The position numbers and the translations under genes are program-made. Shown here piece after piece: positions 9,238 to 18,237 of a stretch of DNA of 63,130 nt (its first letter is position 1; each line of letters begins with the position of its first letter). The notes beneath the pieces are model-generated. The model had not been told where the DNA came from. It searched no databases and worked only from the letters and a program-made list of their open reading frames with translations. The stretch lies in the NCBI GenBank assembly GCA_945949485.1, contig CAMFER010000001.1, positions 68,099 to 131,228 on the forward strand. Reading direction: 5' to 3'. Source of the stretch: an uncultured Clostridium sp. (GTDB taxonomy: Bacteria; Bacillota; Clostridia; TANB77; CAG-508).

Positions 9238-11085
9238 TTAATTATTTTCATTAAAAATTGCTTCAAATTCATCTGCTTCAATTTTCTCTTTTTCAAGAAG
9301 TATTCCAGCAACTTGATGTAGTTTATCTACATTGTCTGTTAATATTTTCTTTGCCCTTTCATAACCAGTATCAACAATTCTTTTTGTTTCTTCATCTATT
9401 ATAGCTGCTGTTTCTTCTGAATATTCTTTTGTATGTCCAAAATCTCTTCCTAAAAATACTTCTTCTTGGCTACCACCAAGCATTAATGCACCTATTCTTT
9501 CACTCATGCCATATTTAGTAACCATACTTCTTGCAATTTTTGTTGCTCTTTCAATGTCATTACTTGCTCCTGTTGAAATATCATTTAATATAAGCGCTTC
9601 TGCAACTCTACCACCTAATAATGATACTATATTTTCTTCCATTTCAGTTTTAGACATAAAAGATTTATCTTCTGTTGGACGATACATTGTATATCCTCCA
9701 GCCATGCCTCTTGGAACAATTGATATTTGATGAACTGGATCTTGTGTTTCTAGATAATGACTTACAACTGCATGACCTGCTTCATGATAAGCAACAAGTC
9801 TATTTTCTTTATCACTTCTAACTCTAGTTTTCTTTTCAGGTCCCATTGTAACTTTTACCATTGCATCTTCTATTTCTTTCATTCCTATTTCATTTATATT
9901 TCTTCTTGCTGCTAAAAGTGCTGCTTCATTTAATACATTTTCTAAATCTGCTCCAGAAAATCCTGATGTATTTTTTGCAATTACCTTTAAATCTATATCG
10001 TCTGATAATCTTTTCTTTCTACTATGAACTTCTAATATTTGTTCTCTTGCTTTAACATCTGGTAAACCCACTACAATTTGTCTATCAAATCTTCCTGCTC
10101 TTAAAAGTGCTTTATCTAAAACATCTGGTCTGTTTGTTGCTGCTAAGACAATAACACCTTCATTTGCTGCGAATCCATCCATCTCTACTAATAATTGATT
10201 TAATGTTTGTTCTCTTTCATCATGTCCTCCGCCAAGTCCGGCACCTCTTTGACGACCAACTGCATCTATTTCATCTATAAAGATTATGCATGGTGCATTT
10301 TTCTTAGCTTGGTCAAATAAATCTCTTACTCTTGAAGCTCCAACACCAACAAACATTTCAACAAAGTCCGAACCACTTATGATAAAAAATGGCACTCCCG
10401 CTTCTCCTGCAACTGCTTTTGCAAGCAATGTTTTACCTGTACCAGGTTGACCAACAAGTAGAACTCCTTTTGGAATTCTTGCTCCCATATCTGTAAATTT
10501 CTTAGGATTTTTTAAAAATTCTACTACTTCTTCTAATTCTTCTTTTTCTTCATCTACACCTGCCACATCATCAAATGTAATTTTGTTTTTATCTGCTGGA
10601 GTCATCATTCTAGCTTTGCTCTTACCAAAAGACATTGTTTTGTTTCCTGCATTACCATTTCCTACTCCACCCATCATAAAGAACCAGAATATAAAGAATA
10701 TTATTAATAAACCAAATGGTGTTAATAATGTTAAAATTGTCATAAATATTGATTGAGACTTTTCTTCTAATGTAAAAGCTCCCTCTTTTAAATATTCTTC
10801 AGTATATCCCATAAAATTTTCCATATTAGGAATATTTACTTCTTTTTTAACTTTATCATCTTTTAAAGTAACTGTGGCTGTTTTTCCATCTGCTTCAATT
10901 TGAATAGCCTCAACCTTTCCCGCATTTATATCGGAAATCAATTCTGAATATTTTAATTTTGAATTACTATTTTCAACAATAGAAGATAATACTACTATAA
11001 ATATCACTCCTATTATTAACCACATTGCTAATGTTTTAATTCCGTTTTTCAAATCAATTCCTCCTCGTTGTTTCTTAATTTTCAT
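9238..11085 (-). CDS. ftsH: ATP-dependent zinc metalloprotease FtsH
   Basis: Walker A GPPGTGKT-like motif ([13 protein letters not shown]), the second region of homology, the zinc motif HEAGHA, and two N-terminal TM segments. Confidence 0.95.
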   Translation of the reverse strand: MKIKKQRGGIDLKNGIKTLAMWLIIGVIFIVVLSSIVENSNSKLKYSELISDINAGKVEAIQIEADGKTATVTLKDDKVKKEVNIPNMENFMGYTEEYLKEGAFTLEEKSQSIFMTILTLLTPFGLLIIFFIFWFFMMGGVGNGNAGNKTMSFGKSKARMMTPADKNKITFDDVAGVDEEKEELEEVVEFLKNPKKFTDMGARIPKGVLLVGQPGTGKTLLAKAVAGEAGVPFFIISGSDFVEMFVGVGASRVRDLFDQAKKNAPCIIFIDEIDAVGRQRGAGLGGGHDEREQTLNQLLVEMDGFAANEGVIVLAATNRPDVLDKALLRAGRFDRQIVVGLPDVKAREQILEVHSRKKRLSDDIDLKVIAKNTSGFSGADLENVLNEAALLAARRNINEIGMKEIEDAMVKVTMGPEKKTRVRSDKENRLVAYHEAGHAVVSHYLETQDPVHQISIVPRGMAGGYTMYRPTEDKSFMSKTEMEENIVSLLGGRVAEALILNDISTGASNDIERATKIARSMVTKYGMSERIGALMLGGSQEEVFLGRDFGHTKEYSEETAAIIDEETKRIVDTGYERAKKILTDNVDKLHQVAGILLEKEKIEADEFEAIFNENN

Positions 11086-11181
11086 ATGTTTTATACCATA
11101 TAAATTTAGCTTTGTAAATATTTTTTTTGTGTCTTTTTTGTTACAAAAAAGTGTCCTAAATTATTCTTCTACGGATACTCA

Positions 11182-12180
11182 TTATCTAGCATTTTGCTTT
11201 TTTAAATAAATTTTATGATTTTTTATTAAAACTTTTAAATTTTTATTAGGTGTTAAATATTTATTTCCTATATTATTTTCACAAAGCTTAATTAAATCTT
11301 CTATATGTATTTTTTCAATTCCTTTTGTATTGCCAAAAAGTCTTGATATAGTATATAGCAAAAGTCTTGATTTTATTACTTTTTTCTCTTTATTAAATTT
11401 TTTCAAATCCAACTGTATTTCTTCATTGTTTTCTTCTATAACCAAACTTTCAAATTTTTCTTTTATAACATCAACAAAATATTCTTCTTGATCTTTTACT
11501 AAAGTAGATAATCTATTTAATGTATTTATTATATTAGGATTAAATTCTTCTCTTATATACGGAATCACTATATTCCTTATTTTATTTCTTGTATAATCGT
11601 TTTCAAAATTTGTCTTATCAATTCTAGGATTCAATTTTTCTTCTGTACAATATTTTTCTATTTCTTCTCTATCACATTCTATTAAAGGTCTAATATATTT
11701 TCCTCTTTTGGGCTCAATTCCTCTTAAACCACTTACTCCACTTCCTCTTAGGATATTCATTATTAATGTTTCAGCATTATCATTTTTGTTATGCGCAATA
11801 CAAATTTTATTTGAATTTGTTTTCAATAAAATTTCATCAAAAAAATCATATCTAGCCTTTCTACCAGCTTCTTCTGTTCCTATTTTATTATTATTTGCCA
11901 TTTTTATTACGTCTATACTTTTAGTATAAAATTCTACATTCTTTTCTTTACAAAAATTTTTCACGTATTCTTCGTCTGTATCAGCTTCTTCTCTTATCAT
12001 ATGATTTATATGTGCAACTACTATATTAAAATCAATATTAATATTTTTATCATTTTTAATATCATTTAATATATTTAACATTGCAATAGAATCTGGTCCT
12101 CCTGAAACACCTAAAACCAATCTATCTCCATTTTCTATTAAATTATATTTTTTTATAACTTTCAGTATTTTCTCTTTCAT
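11182..12180 (-). CDS. tilS: tRNA(Ile)-lysidine synthase (short form, ~332 aa)
   Basis: PP-loop SGGPDS and TilS-like N-terminal and central domains. The ATG at 12180 is preferred over the TTG at 12189 on AGGTG spacing. Confidence 0.85.
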   Translation of the reverse strand: MKEKILKVIKKYNLIENGDRLVLGVSGGPDSIAMLNILNDIKNDKNINIDFNIVVAHINHMIREEADTDEEYVKNFCKEKNVEFYTKSIDVIKMANNNKIGTEEAGRKARYDFFDEILLKTNSNKICIAHNKNDNAETLIMNILRGSGVSGLRGIEPKRGKYIRPLIECDREEIEKYCTEEKLNPRIDKTNFENDYTRNKIRNIVIPYIREEFNPNIINTLNRLSTLVKDQEEYFVDVIKEKFESLVIEENNEEIQLDLKKFNKEKKVIKSRLLLYTISRLFGNTKGIEKIHIEDLIKLCENNIGNKYLTPNKNLKVLIKNHKIYLKKQNAR

Positions 12181-12225
12181 AAAATTCAATACACCTTTCT
12201 TTTTACAAAATAAAGCTATTAGTAT

Positions 12226-12254
12226 ATTTTACTATAGTTTCAAGTATTTTTCAA
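12226..12254 (-). promoter_or_regulatory. sigma-A-type promoter upstream of tilS
   Basis: TTGAAA (12254-12249), 17-nt spacer, TAAAAT (12231-12226), read on the minus strand. Confidence 0.4.
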
Positions 12255-12318
12255 GTAAATATATTTTTGACAATATTCTACAAGAAAATTGAGACAATTG
12301 GTTGGTGGAACCAATGTC

Positions 12319-13653
12319 TCAATCGTCAAATCTTTTTTCCAAATTAACAAATTTAGTATAATTTCCAAGCCACAATAATTCAACTGTACCTGTTGAACCT
12401 CCTCTGTGTTTTGCAATTATTACTTCTGCAATATCTTTTTTCTCACTATCTTTGTTATAATAATCATCTCTATATAAGAACATTACAATATCAGCATCTT
12501 GCTCTATAGCTCCAGATTCACGCAAATCTGATAACATAGGTCTATGGTCTGGTCTTTGTTCTGCAGCTCTTGATAATTGTGATAACGCAATTACTGGAAC
12601 ATTTAACTCTTTAGCCAGTATTTTTAAAGATCTACTTATTTCTGAAATCTCTTGTTCACGGCTTCCATTTCTTTTATTTGTTCCTTGTATTAATTGCAAA
12701 TAATCTATTACCACCATACCAATATTCTTTTCCAATTTTAACTTTCTACATTTAGCTCTTATTTCATTTATATTAATACCAGGTGTATCATCTATGTATA
12801 TTTCTGCTTCTGAAAGTGGCCCTATAGCCTCTGCAAGTTTTGTCCAATCATTTTCTTCTAATTTTCCTGTCCTTACTTTATTACTATCTACCATGGCTTC
12901 ACTAGATAAAACTCTGTTTACTAATTGTTCTTTTGACATCTCCAAACTAAATATAGCAACAGGAACTCTTCCTCTTATGGCTGCATTTGAAGCAATATTT
13001 AATGCAAATGCTGTTTTACCCATAGCAGGTCTTGCAGCGATTAAAACTAAATCAGAACCATGAAAACCAGCTGTTTTATAATCTAACTCAACAAATCCTG
13101 AAGGAACTCCAGTTATATGTTGTTTCCTATTGTATAGTTCTTCTAATTTAGTAAAACTTTCAACTAAGACATCTTTTATTGGGCTATATCCTTTTTTTGC
13201 TTTATTTTGCATAATATCAAAAATTTTCTTTTCAGCTCCACCCATTATATCTTCAACATCTTCAGTAGTATCATAACCAAGTTCAATTATCTCATTTGCA
13301 GTCTTAATCAATTTTCTTAAAGTTGATTTTTCTTCAACTATCTTTATATATTTAGTAGCATTTGCAGTTGTAGGTACATTTTCTGGTAAAGCTGCTAAAT
13401 ATTCTAATCCACCAACTTGATCAAATTTTCCCATTGACTCTAATTCAGCCTTTACTGTAATAATATCTATCGGTTCAGCTCTATTATATAAATTTAAAAT
13501 TGCAGTATATATTAACTTATTATCTTCTCTGTAAAAATCTTCATCTCTTAGCACTTCTATAGCAGCAATAACAGCATCTTTATCAGTAAGCATACTTCCT
13601 AATATAGCTTGTTCTGCTTCTATATCATGAGGTGGTACTTTTCCTAGCTCCAT
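12319..13653 (-). CDS. dnaB: replicative DNA helicase (DnaB family)
   Basis: 444 aa. PPHDIEAEQAILGSML N-terminus, Walker A ARPAMGKT, and the RecA-like C-terminal domain. Confidence 0.95.
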   Translation of the reverse strand: MELGKVPPHDIEAEQAILGSMLTDKDAVIAAIEVLRDEDFYREDNKLIYTAILNLYNRAEPIDIITVKAELESMGKFDQVGGLEYLAALPENVPTTANATKYIKIVEEKSTLRKLIKTANEIIELGYDTTEDVEDIMGGAEKKIFDIMQNKAKKGYSPIKDVLVESFTKLEELYNRKQHITGVPSGFVELDYKTAGFHGSDLVLIAARPAMGKTAFALNIASNAAIRGRVPVAIFSLEMSKEQLVNRVLSSEAMVDSNKVRTGKLEENDWTKLAEAIGPLSEAEIYIDDTPGININEIRAKCRKLKLEKNIGMVVIDYLQLIQGTNKRNGSREQEISEISRSLKILAKELNVPVIALSQLSRAAEQRPDHRPMLSDLRESGAIEQDADIVMFLYRDDYYNKDSEKKDIAEVIIAKHRGGSTGTVELLWLGNYTKFVNLEKRFDD

Positions 13654-13721
13654 TTATATTCCTCCAATTCAATTTTGGGACAGGTCCTTTTGAGACCTTT
13701 TGTCCAATTAGTGACATATAT

Positions 13722-14168
13722 CTATTTACTTATAACATCTATTTTCAAATTTCCAATAACACCTTCATAAAGTTTTATTGAAACAGTCTTTTCTCCTAAT
13801 TGTTTTATTGTATCCTTTAATTCTATTTTTTTCTTATCTACTTTTATTGAATAATTTTTATCTAAAAGTTCTGCAATTTCTTTTGCAGATACTCCTCCAA
13901 AAATTTTACCATTTTCCCCAGCTTTTACTGGAACTTTTAGCAATATTTTAGTTAACTTATCTGCTAATTTTAAAGCTTCTTCTTTTTCTTGTGATTTTTG
14001 AAAAGCTTTTGAATCTTGCTTGTCTTTTAATTTAGCCAAGTTTCCCGCATTAGCTTCTACTGCCAAATTTTTAGGAAATAAAAAGTTTCTTGCATATCCA
14101 TCAGATGCATTTATTATTTGATCTTTTTTACCTACTCCTTTGATATCTGCTTTTAATATAACTTTCAT
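13722..14168 (-). CDS. rplI: 50S ribosomal protein L9
   Basis: MKVILKADIKGVGKKDQIINASDGYARNFLFPKNLA is typical L9. Start set at the ATG at 14168, with GAAAGG upstream. Confidence 0.9.
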   Translation of the reverse strand: MKVILKADIKGVGKKDQIINASDGYARNFLFPKNLAVEANAGNLAKLKDKQDSKAFQKSQEKEEALKLADKLTKILLKVPVKAGENGKIFGGVSAKEIAELLDKNYSIKVDKKKIELKDTIKQLGEKTVSIKLYEGVIGNLKIDVISK

Positions 14169-14196
14169 AAAATCACGCCTTTCTTTCATGCTACAT

Positions 14197-14225
14197 ATTT
14201 TATACTATTTTCACATATTTTTCAA
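14197..14225 (-). promoter_or_regulatory. sigma-A-type promoter for rplI-dnaB
   Basis: TTGAAA (14225-14220), 17-nt spacer, TAAAAT (14202-14197). Confidence 0.45.
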
Positions 14226-14244
14226 GTTCATTATTAATATTTAA

Positions 14245-14288
14245 AATAAAAATGGATAAAGAAGACCTGGTCCAATTTATCCATTTTT
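14245..14288 (-). terminator. rho-independent terminator downstream of the FGE-like gene
   Basis: AAAAATGGATAAA / TTTATCCATTTTT 13-bp arms with a 15-nt loop, followed by TATTTT on the minus strand. Confidence 0.65.
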
Positions 14289-14615
14289 ATATGTTCTTTA
14301 TTTTCTACATCCTCATTGAATACAACACTAATTCACATCTTGAATTTTACTAACTTTAAAAGCTCTCTTTTAATATCATAAACTAGTTAGTCCTATTATA
14401 CATCCAGCTATGAGTACTCAAAAAGTAATAAAGTAGTGCCTTCGCCACTTTAAAACAAAATTGTTTCCTACCTACCTTGTAAATGGTAAAATAATATGTA
14501 GGAAAAACGACATATTTTTTTGCCAAAATCCTACAAAAACTATTGACATTTACAATATTAACTTTTAAAACAACTTTTCTACATGTTTAAATTTTAGTTT
14601 TCACAGCACTCAGTC

Positions 14616-15734
14616 CTACAAAATATAAAGTGTGGGGCGAAAAGTAACGTTGCCGCTGAGATAGTAAAAATTACTGCGACGAATGCTAGCTCTCTCGTTG
14701 CTGTCCCTGCTGCGAAGGCCTCCTCTATACACAAAGCTCGTATTTATTTTTTCTGCTACATATTCCAAACAATTTGATTCTAAGTCATATATATTTTGTA
14801 CTTTATCATAATCATTTAGTCCTGATTTAGTTACATCTGTTCCATTATGTCTATTTTCATCATATACTCTTACATCAAATAAATACCCTTTTGCATCATT
14901 TTTCCTGTCTACAAAATGCATTACCATATCCCATTGTATCCCTGAACACATTGCACTTCTTACATTTTGATTTGTATTATCATACATTGTTTTAGCTATT
15001 CTTTTACACTCAGTTTGTGTTTCTTCAACATACACTGTTGCATTTTGTTTACTTACTACATTTCCACCTTCTTCTCCTGCTTCATATCTTCCTATATAAA
15101 ATCCTTTATATTTTATTACTGCATTTCTTTCTGCTGTTTCACTGTTTTCTGCACTATCTGTTTCTGGCTTTATTCCTTCTGGTAAATATCCTGTATCTGA
15201 TATTGTCCCTTCTGGAGATGTTTCTGATGCGTTGCCATACCAACTTGGATATGTTAAATCTCTTTCATATTCTCCTTCTTCTATTGGTATCCATACAAAT
15301 TGGTTATATGTTGCTCGTATATTATCAATATCACTTTTCCAATCTACTTCTGTTCCTTTTGGTATGTCATATATTACTAATCCTGTTGATATTTTTTGCT
15401 CTTCTGATATTCCTGATACTGTAAATCCTGCTGGTACTGTTGCTGTGTCTGTTCCGTCATTATAATTATCTTTTTCTGTATTTTCTACAATTACTCCTGG
15501 TACTACATCTTGACTTTCTAAGTTTACTTTGTTATAAGCATTTTCCATTTCAGTGTTTGCATCAACCCCCTGATATTTTTCACTTAATTTATCAATATCT
15601 GAATTTTGTTTGATCAACTTGTTATTAGTTGAAGAATAAACAACTATAACAACTGAAAGTACTAAAAATATCGAAGTTATAACAAATATTGTAACAGAAC
15701 CCATTTGTTCTTTTAATTTTCTTTTTATATTCAT
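14616..15734 (-). CDS. membrane-anchored protein with C-terminal FGE-sulfatase / C-type-lectin-like domain
   Basis: N-terminal TM segment (GSVTIFVITSIFLVLSVVIVVY). FGE-like blocks GFYIGRYEAG, IQWDMVMHFV, NIYDLESNCLEYV, YRGG...FRPTLYI. GGAGG RBS lies 20 nt after the restored gdpP stop. Confidence 0.55.
   Translation of the reverse strand: MNIKRKLKEQMGSVTIFVITSIFLVLSVVIVVYSSTNNKLIKQNSDIDKLSEKYQGVDANTEMENAYNKVNLESQDVVPGVIVENTEKDNYNDGTDTATVPAGFTVSGISEEQKISTGLVIYDIPKGTEVDWKSDIDNIRATYNQFVWIPIEEGEYERDLTYPSWYGNASETSPEGTISDTGYLPEGIKPETDSAENSETAERNAVIKYKGFYIGRYEAGEEGGNVVSKQNATVYVEETQTECKRIAKTMYDNTNQNVRSAMCSGIQWDMVMHFVDRKNDAKGYLFDVRVYDENRHNGTDVTKSGLNDYDKVQNIYDLESNCLEYVAEKINTSFVYRGGLRSRDSNERASIRRSNFYYLSGNVTFRPTLYIL
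14628..14727 (-). other. GC-rich, NNC-codon-rich 3' end of the FGE-like gene (candidate DGR variable region)
   Basis: Hand count gives about 51 G+C in 14631-14730, against roughly 27% elsewhere. 15 of the last 37 codons are NNC (GGC CGC AGC GAC AGC AAC AGC CGC TAC CTC AGC GGC AAC CGC CCC). Confidence 0.5.
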
Positions 15735-15754
15735 TTACATTCCTCCATCTTTAG

Positions 15755-17783
15755 TTAATTTTCTATTTCTGAAAAATACTCATTGATTCTATTTATAAGC
15801 TCTTGTTTAGTTTCTTCCATAGTCATGCCTTCAACTTGTGCTCCAGCAAGTGTAATATGACCTCCACCACCGTAATTTCTCTAAAATTACTTGTACATTT
15901 ATATCTCCAATAGAACGTCCACTTATGCAGATTTTATCACCTGCATATCCCATTACAAATGAAGCTGTTATATCACTAATCGTTAATAATTCATCAGCTG
16001 CCTTTGCACAAACTAAATTTGCATCTTTAGTTTTATGATCATATATTGAAATTGCTATAGTATCATTTACTATTTCTGCCTTTTTAACAATATCGGCTAT
16101 TCTATTAAAGCTTTTTAAATCACTTTGGAACCATTTTTTTACTCTTATTATATCTACACCACATCTACGTAAATATGCTGCTGCTTCAAAAGTTCTAACC
16201 CCTGTTTTAAAAGTAAAATTTTTAGTATCCATCATTATACCTGCATATAAGCTTTCAACTTCTATTGTTTTTAAATTTATTTTTTTGCTAGAATATTGTA
16301 ACAATTCTGTAACTAATTCTGATGCTGAAGAAGCATATACTTCTTGGAATATTAATGTTGAATTTTCTATAAAATCTGCGCTTCTTCTATGATGGTCTAT
16401 TATTACTATATTTTTAGTTTTTTCCAAAATTTCTGGTGCATCAACATAGTTTCTTCTATGTGTATCAACTATTATAACTAAAGTGTCTTCATCAACATTT
16501 TCTAATGCTACTTCTTTATTTATTATTACATCTTCATATTCTACTTCTTTATCTATAGATTTTCTAAAAGATGTAATAGTTGGTGTATCTTCACTTATAA
16601 CTATGTATGCATTAGTATCCAATGTTTTTGCCAATCTATATATCCCCATACTAGATCCAATACTATCCATATCTGGATTAGTATGTCCCATTATCATTAC
16701 TTTTTTTGAATTTCTAATTAAATTCTCTAACGCATGTGCAACAACCCTAGCTTTTACTTTGGTTCTCTTTTCAACTTCTTGAGTCCTTCCACCAAAGAAT
16801 TTATAAATTTCATTTTCTCTAAGTACAGCTTGATCTCCACCTCTTCCAAGTACCACATCCATTGCTGCTTCAGCTGATTTGTATTTTTCCTTATCTGTTT
16901 TTCCTTCATTAGAAACAGCTATACTTAATGTAAATTGCACTTTTTCCTTTGTATCTATTTCTTTTATCTTATCTAATATACTAAATTTATCTTCTTTTAC
17001 TTTTTCAAGATATCTTTGTTCAAATAAATATATATATCTATCTCTATCTGATTTGATTAACACACCATTTGTCAAATCAGCCCATTGAAATATTGCTTTA
17101 TCAATTTCTGCTATTACTTGAGGCTTTTCTTCACTATCTAATCTTTGCATTGTTTCATCATAATTATCTACTATTATGATACTTACACATGATTTTGAAT
17201 CTTTATATTCTTTTTGTAATTTTATATTTTCTGTATCGTCTATAAAATAAAGGATTATCATGTATTCTTTTTTATTCTTTTTATCTCTATTTTTTACATT
17301 AACATATCTTCCTTTTACTTTATATACTTTATTATCTATTACTATAGTTCTAGAAATATCCTTGTTGTCTTTTTCTTTTACATCCTTTTTCTTCTTTATT
17401 TCATCTTTTATATCTATTACTAAGTCATTGACATATGTATTTATATCAACATTAGCAAATTCAGATATAAACTTTGAACTTCTCCAAATAAGATTTCCAT
17501 CTGTTTCTAATATGATTAATGGAAATGGAGAATTTATAAGACTAGTTTTTGCAGCTGAATCAACAGTTAAAGTTAAGTCCTGTAGAGTTTCTGATATTTC
17601 ACTTTTTCTCTTTTTATTTGTATAATATGTATATCCAACTACTATAGCAAAAAGTATAATTGCAGGTATTAATAACTCTATTTTTTCAAAACAAATTACT
17701 ATTAATAGAGCAAAAATTATAACAATATATATTTTTGTTCTAGAAACTAAATTTTCAAATAGTTTTCTATTATTATTTTGCAT
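15755..17783 (-). pseudogene. gdpP: cyclic-di-AMP phosphodiesterase GdpP (DHH/DHHA1), frame interrupted by one extra C at 15872
   Basis: Two N-terminal TM segments plus DHH (DHH..PD.DS) and DHHA1 regions. The zero frame ends ...EKLRWWRSYYTCWSTS*. The +1 frame reads GGGGHITLAGAQVEGMTMEETKQELINRINEYFSEIEN* (DHHA1 GGGH motif), stopping at 15755. Confidence 0.85.
15870..15872 (-). other. zero-frame CGG codon at the gdpP frameshift site (TTA CGG TGG)
   Basis: Removing the C gives TTA GGT GGT GGA GGT CAT = L-G-G-G-G-H. Confidence 0.85.
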
Positions 17784-17813
17784 AAGCTCTCTCCCTTATA
17801 TTTACTCTATTAT

Positions 17814-17842
17814 ATTTTACTAACAAATATACATTTTGTCAA
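17814..17842 (-). promoter_or_regulatory. sigma-A-type promoter upstream of gdpP
   Basis: TTGACA (17842-17837), 17-nt spacer, TAAAAT (17819-17814). Confidence 0.45.
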
Positions 17843-17894
17843 GAAAACTAGTCCTCACTTATTACCAATCTATATATCATCTATTTTTCTTTCC

Positions 17895-18101
17895 TTATTG
17901 TTCTTGTAATGTTTCTTCATATATTTGCTCAATGTCATTATTTGATTCATATTCTTCATGAATTTCATTTATCTTTCTTTCTTGATTAACCTTTTTATTA
18001 TTAATATTCATATATACTAATATTATTATGCTACACAAAAAAATCATTACAGTCAAAACCAATATAGTTGTTGAAGCTCTTTCTTTTTTTAACATTTGCA
18101 T
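17895..18101 (-). CDS. small membrane-anchored protein (68 aa) with N-terminus paralogous to that of the 14616-15734 product
   Basis: MQMLKKERASTTILVLTVMIFLCSIIILVYMNINNKK... GGAGAGGA RBS precedes the ATG at 18101. About 35% identity over about 48 aa with KEQMGSVTIFVITSIFLVLSVVIVVYSSTNNKL. Confidence 0.5.
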   Translation of the reverse strand: MQMLKKERASTTILVLTVMIFLCSIIILVYMNINNKKVNQERKINEIHEEYESNNDIEQIYEETLQEQ

Positions 18102-18171
18102 ATTTATCTTCCTCTCCATATTTTTTCTTTAATTTTATCAATTTTATTTTTTTTAAGCAACTCTATTTAAG

Positions 18172-18218
18172 AAAAAAAGACAAAACCCATTTTAATAATT
18201 ATGAATTTTGTCTTTTTC
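18172..18218 (-). terminator. rho-independent terminator after rpoC
   Basis: AAAAAGACAAAA / TTTTGTCTTTTT arms with an AT-rich loop and a T-run on the minus strand. Confidence 0.6.
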
Positions 18219-18237
18219 TAAATTATATGTTTTACTA

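Noticed and set aside
14529-14622. The 10-nt direct repeat TCCTACAAAA (second copy overlapping the FGE-like gene stop), tested as a possible DGR template repeat / IMH* located just downstream of the candidate variable region.
   Set aside because: When the two copies are aligned, the flanks disagree at positions where the putative template has non-A bases. A true TR/VR pair may differ only at template adenines. Only the 10-mer matches, which can occur by chance in AT-rich DNA.
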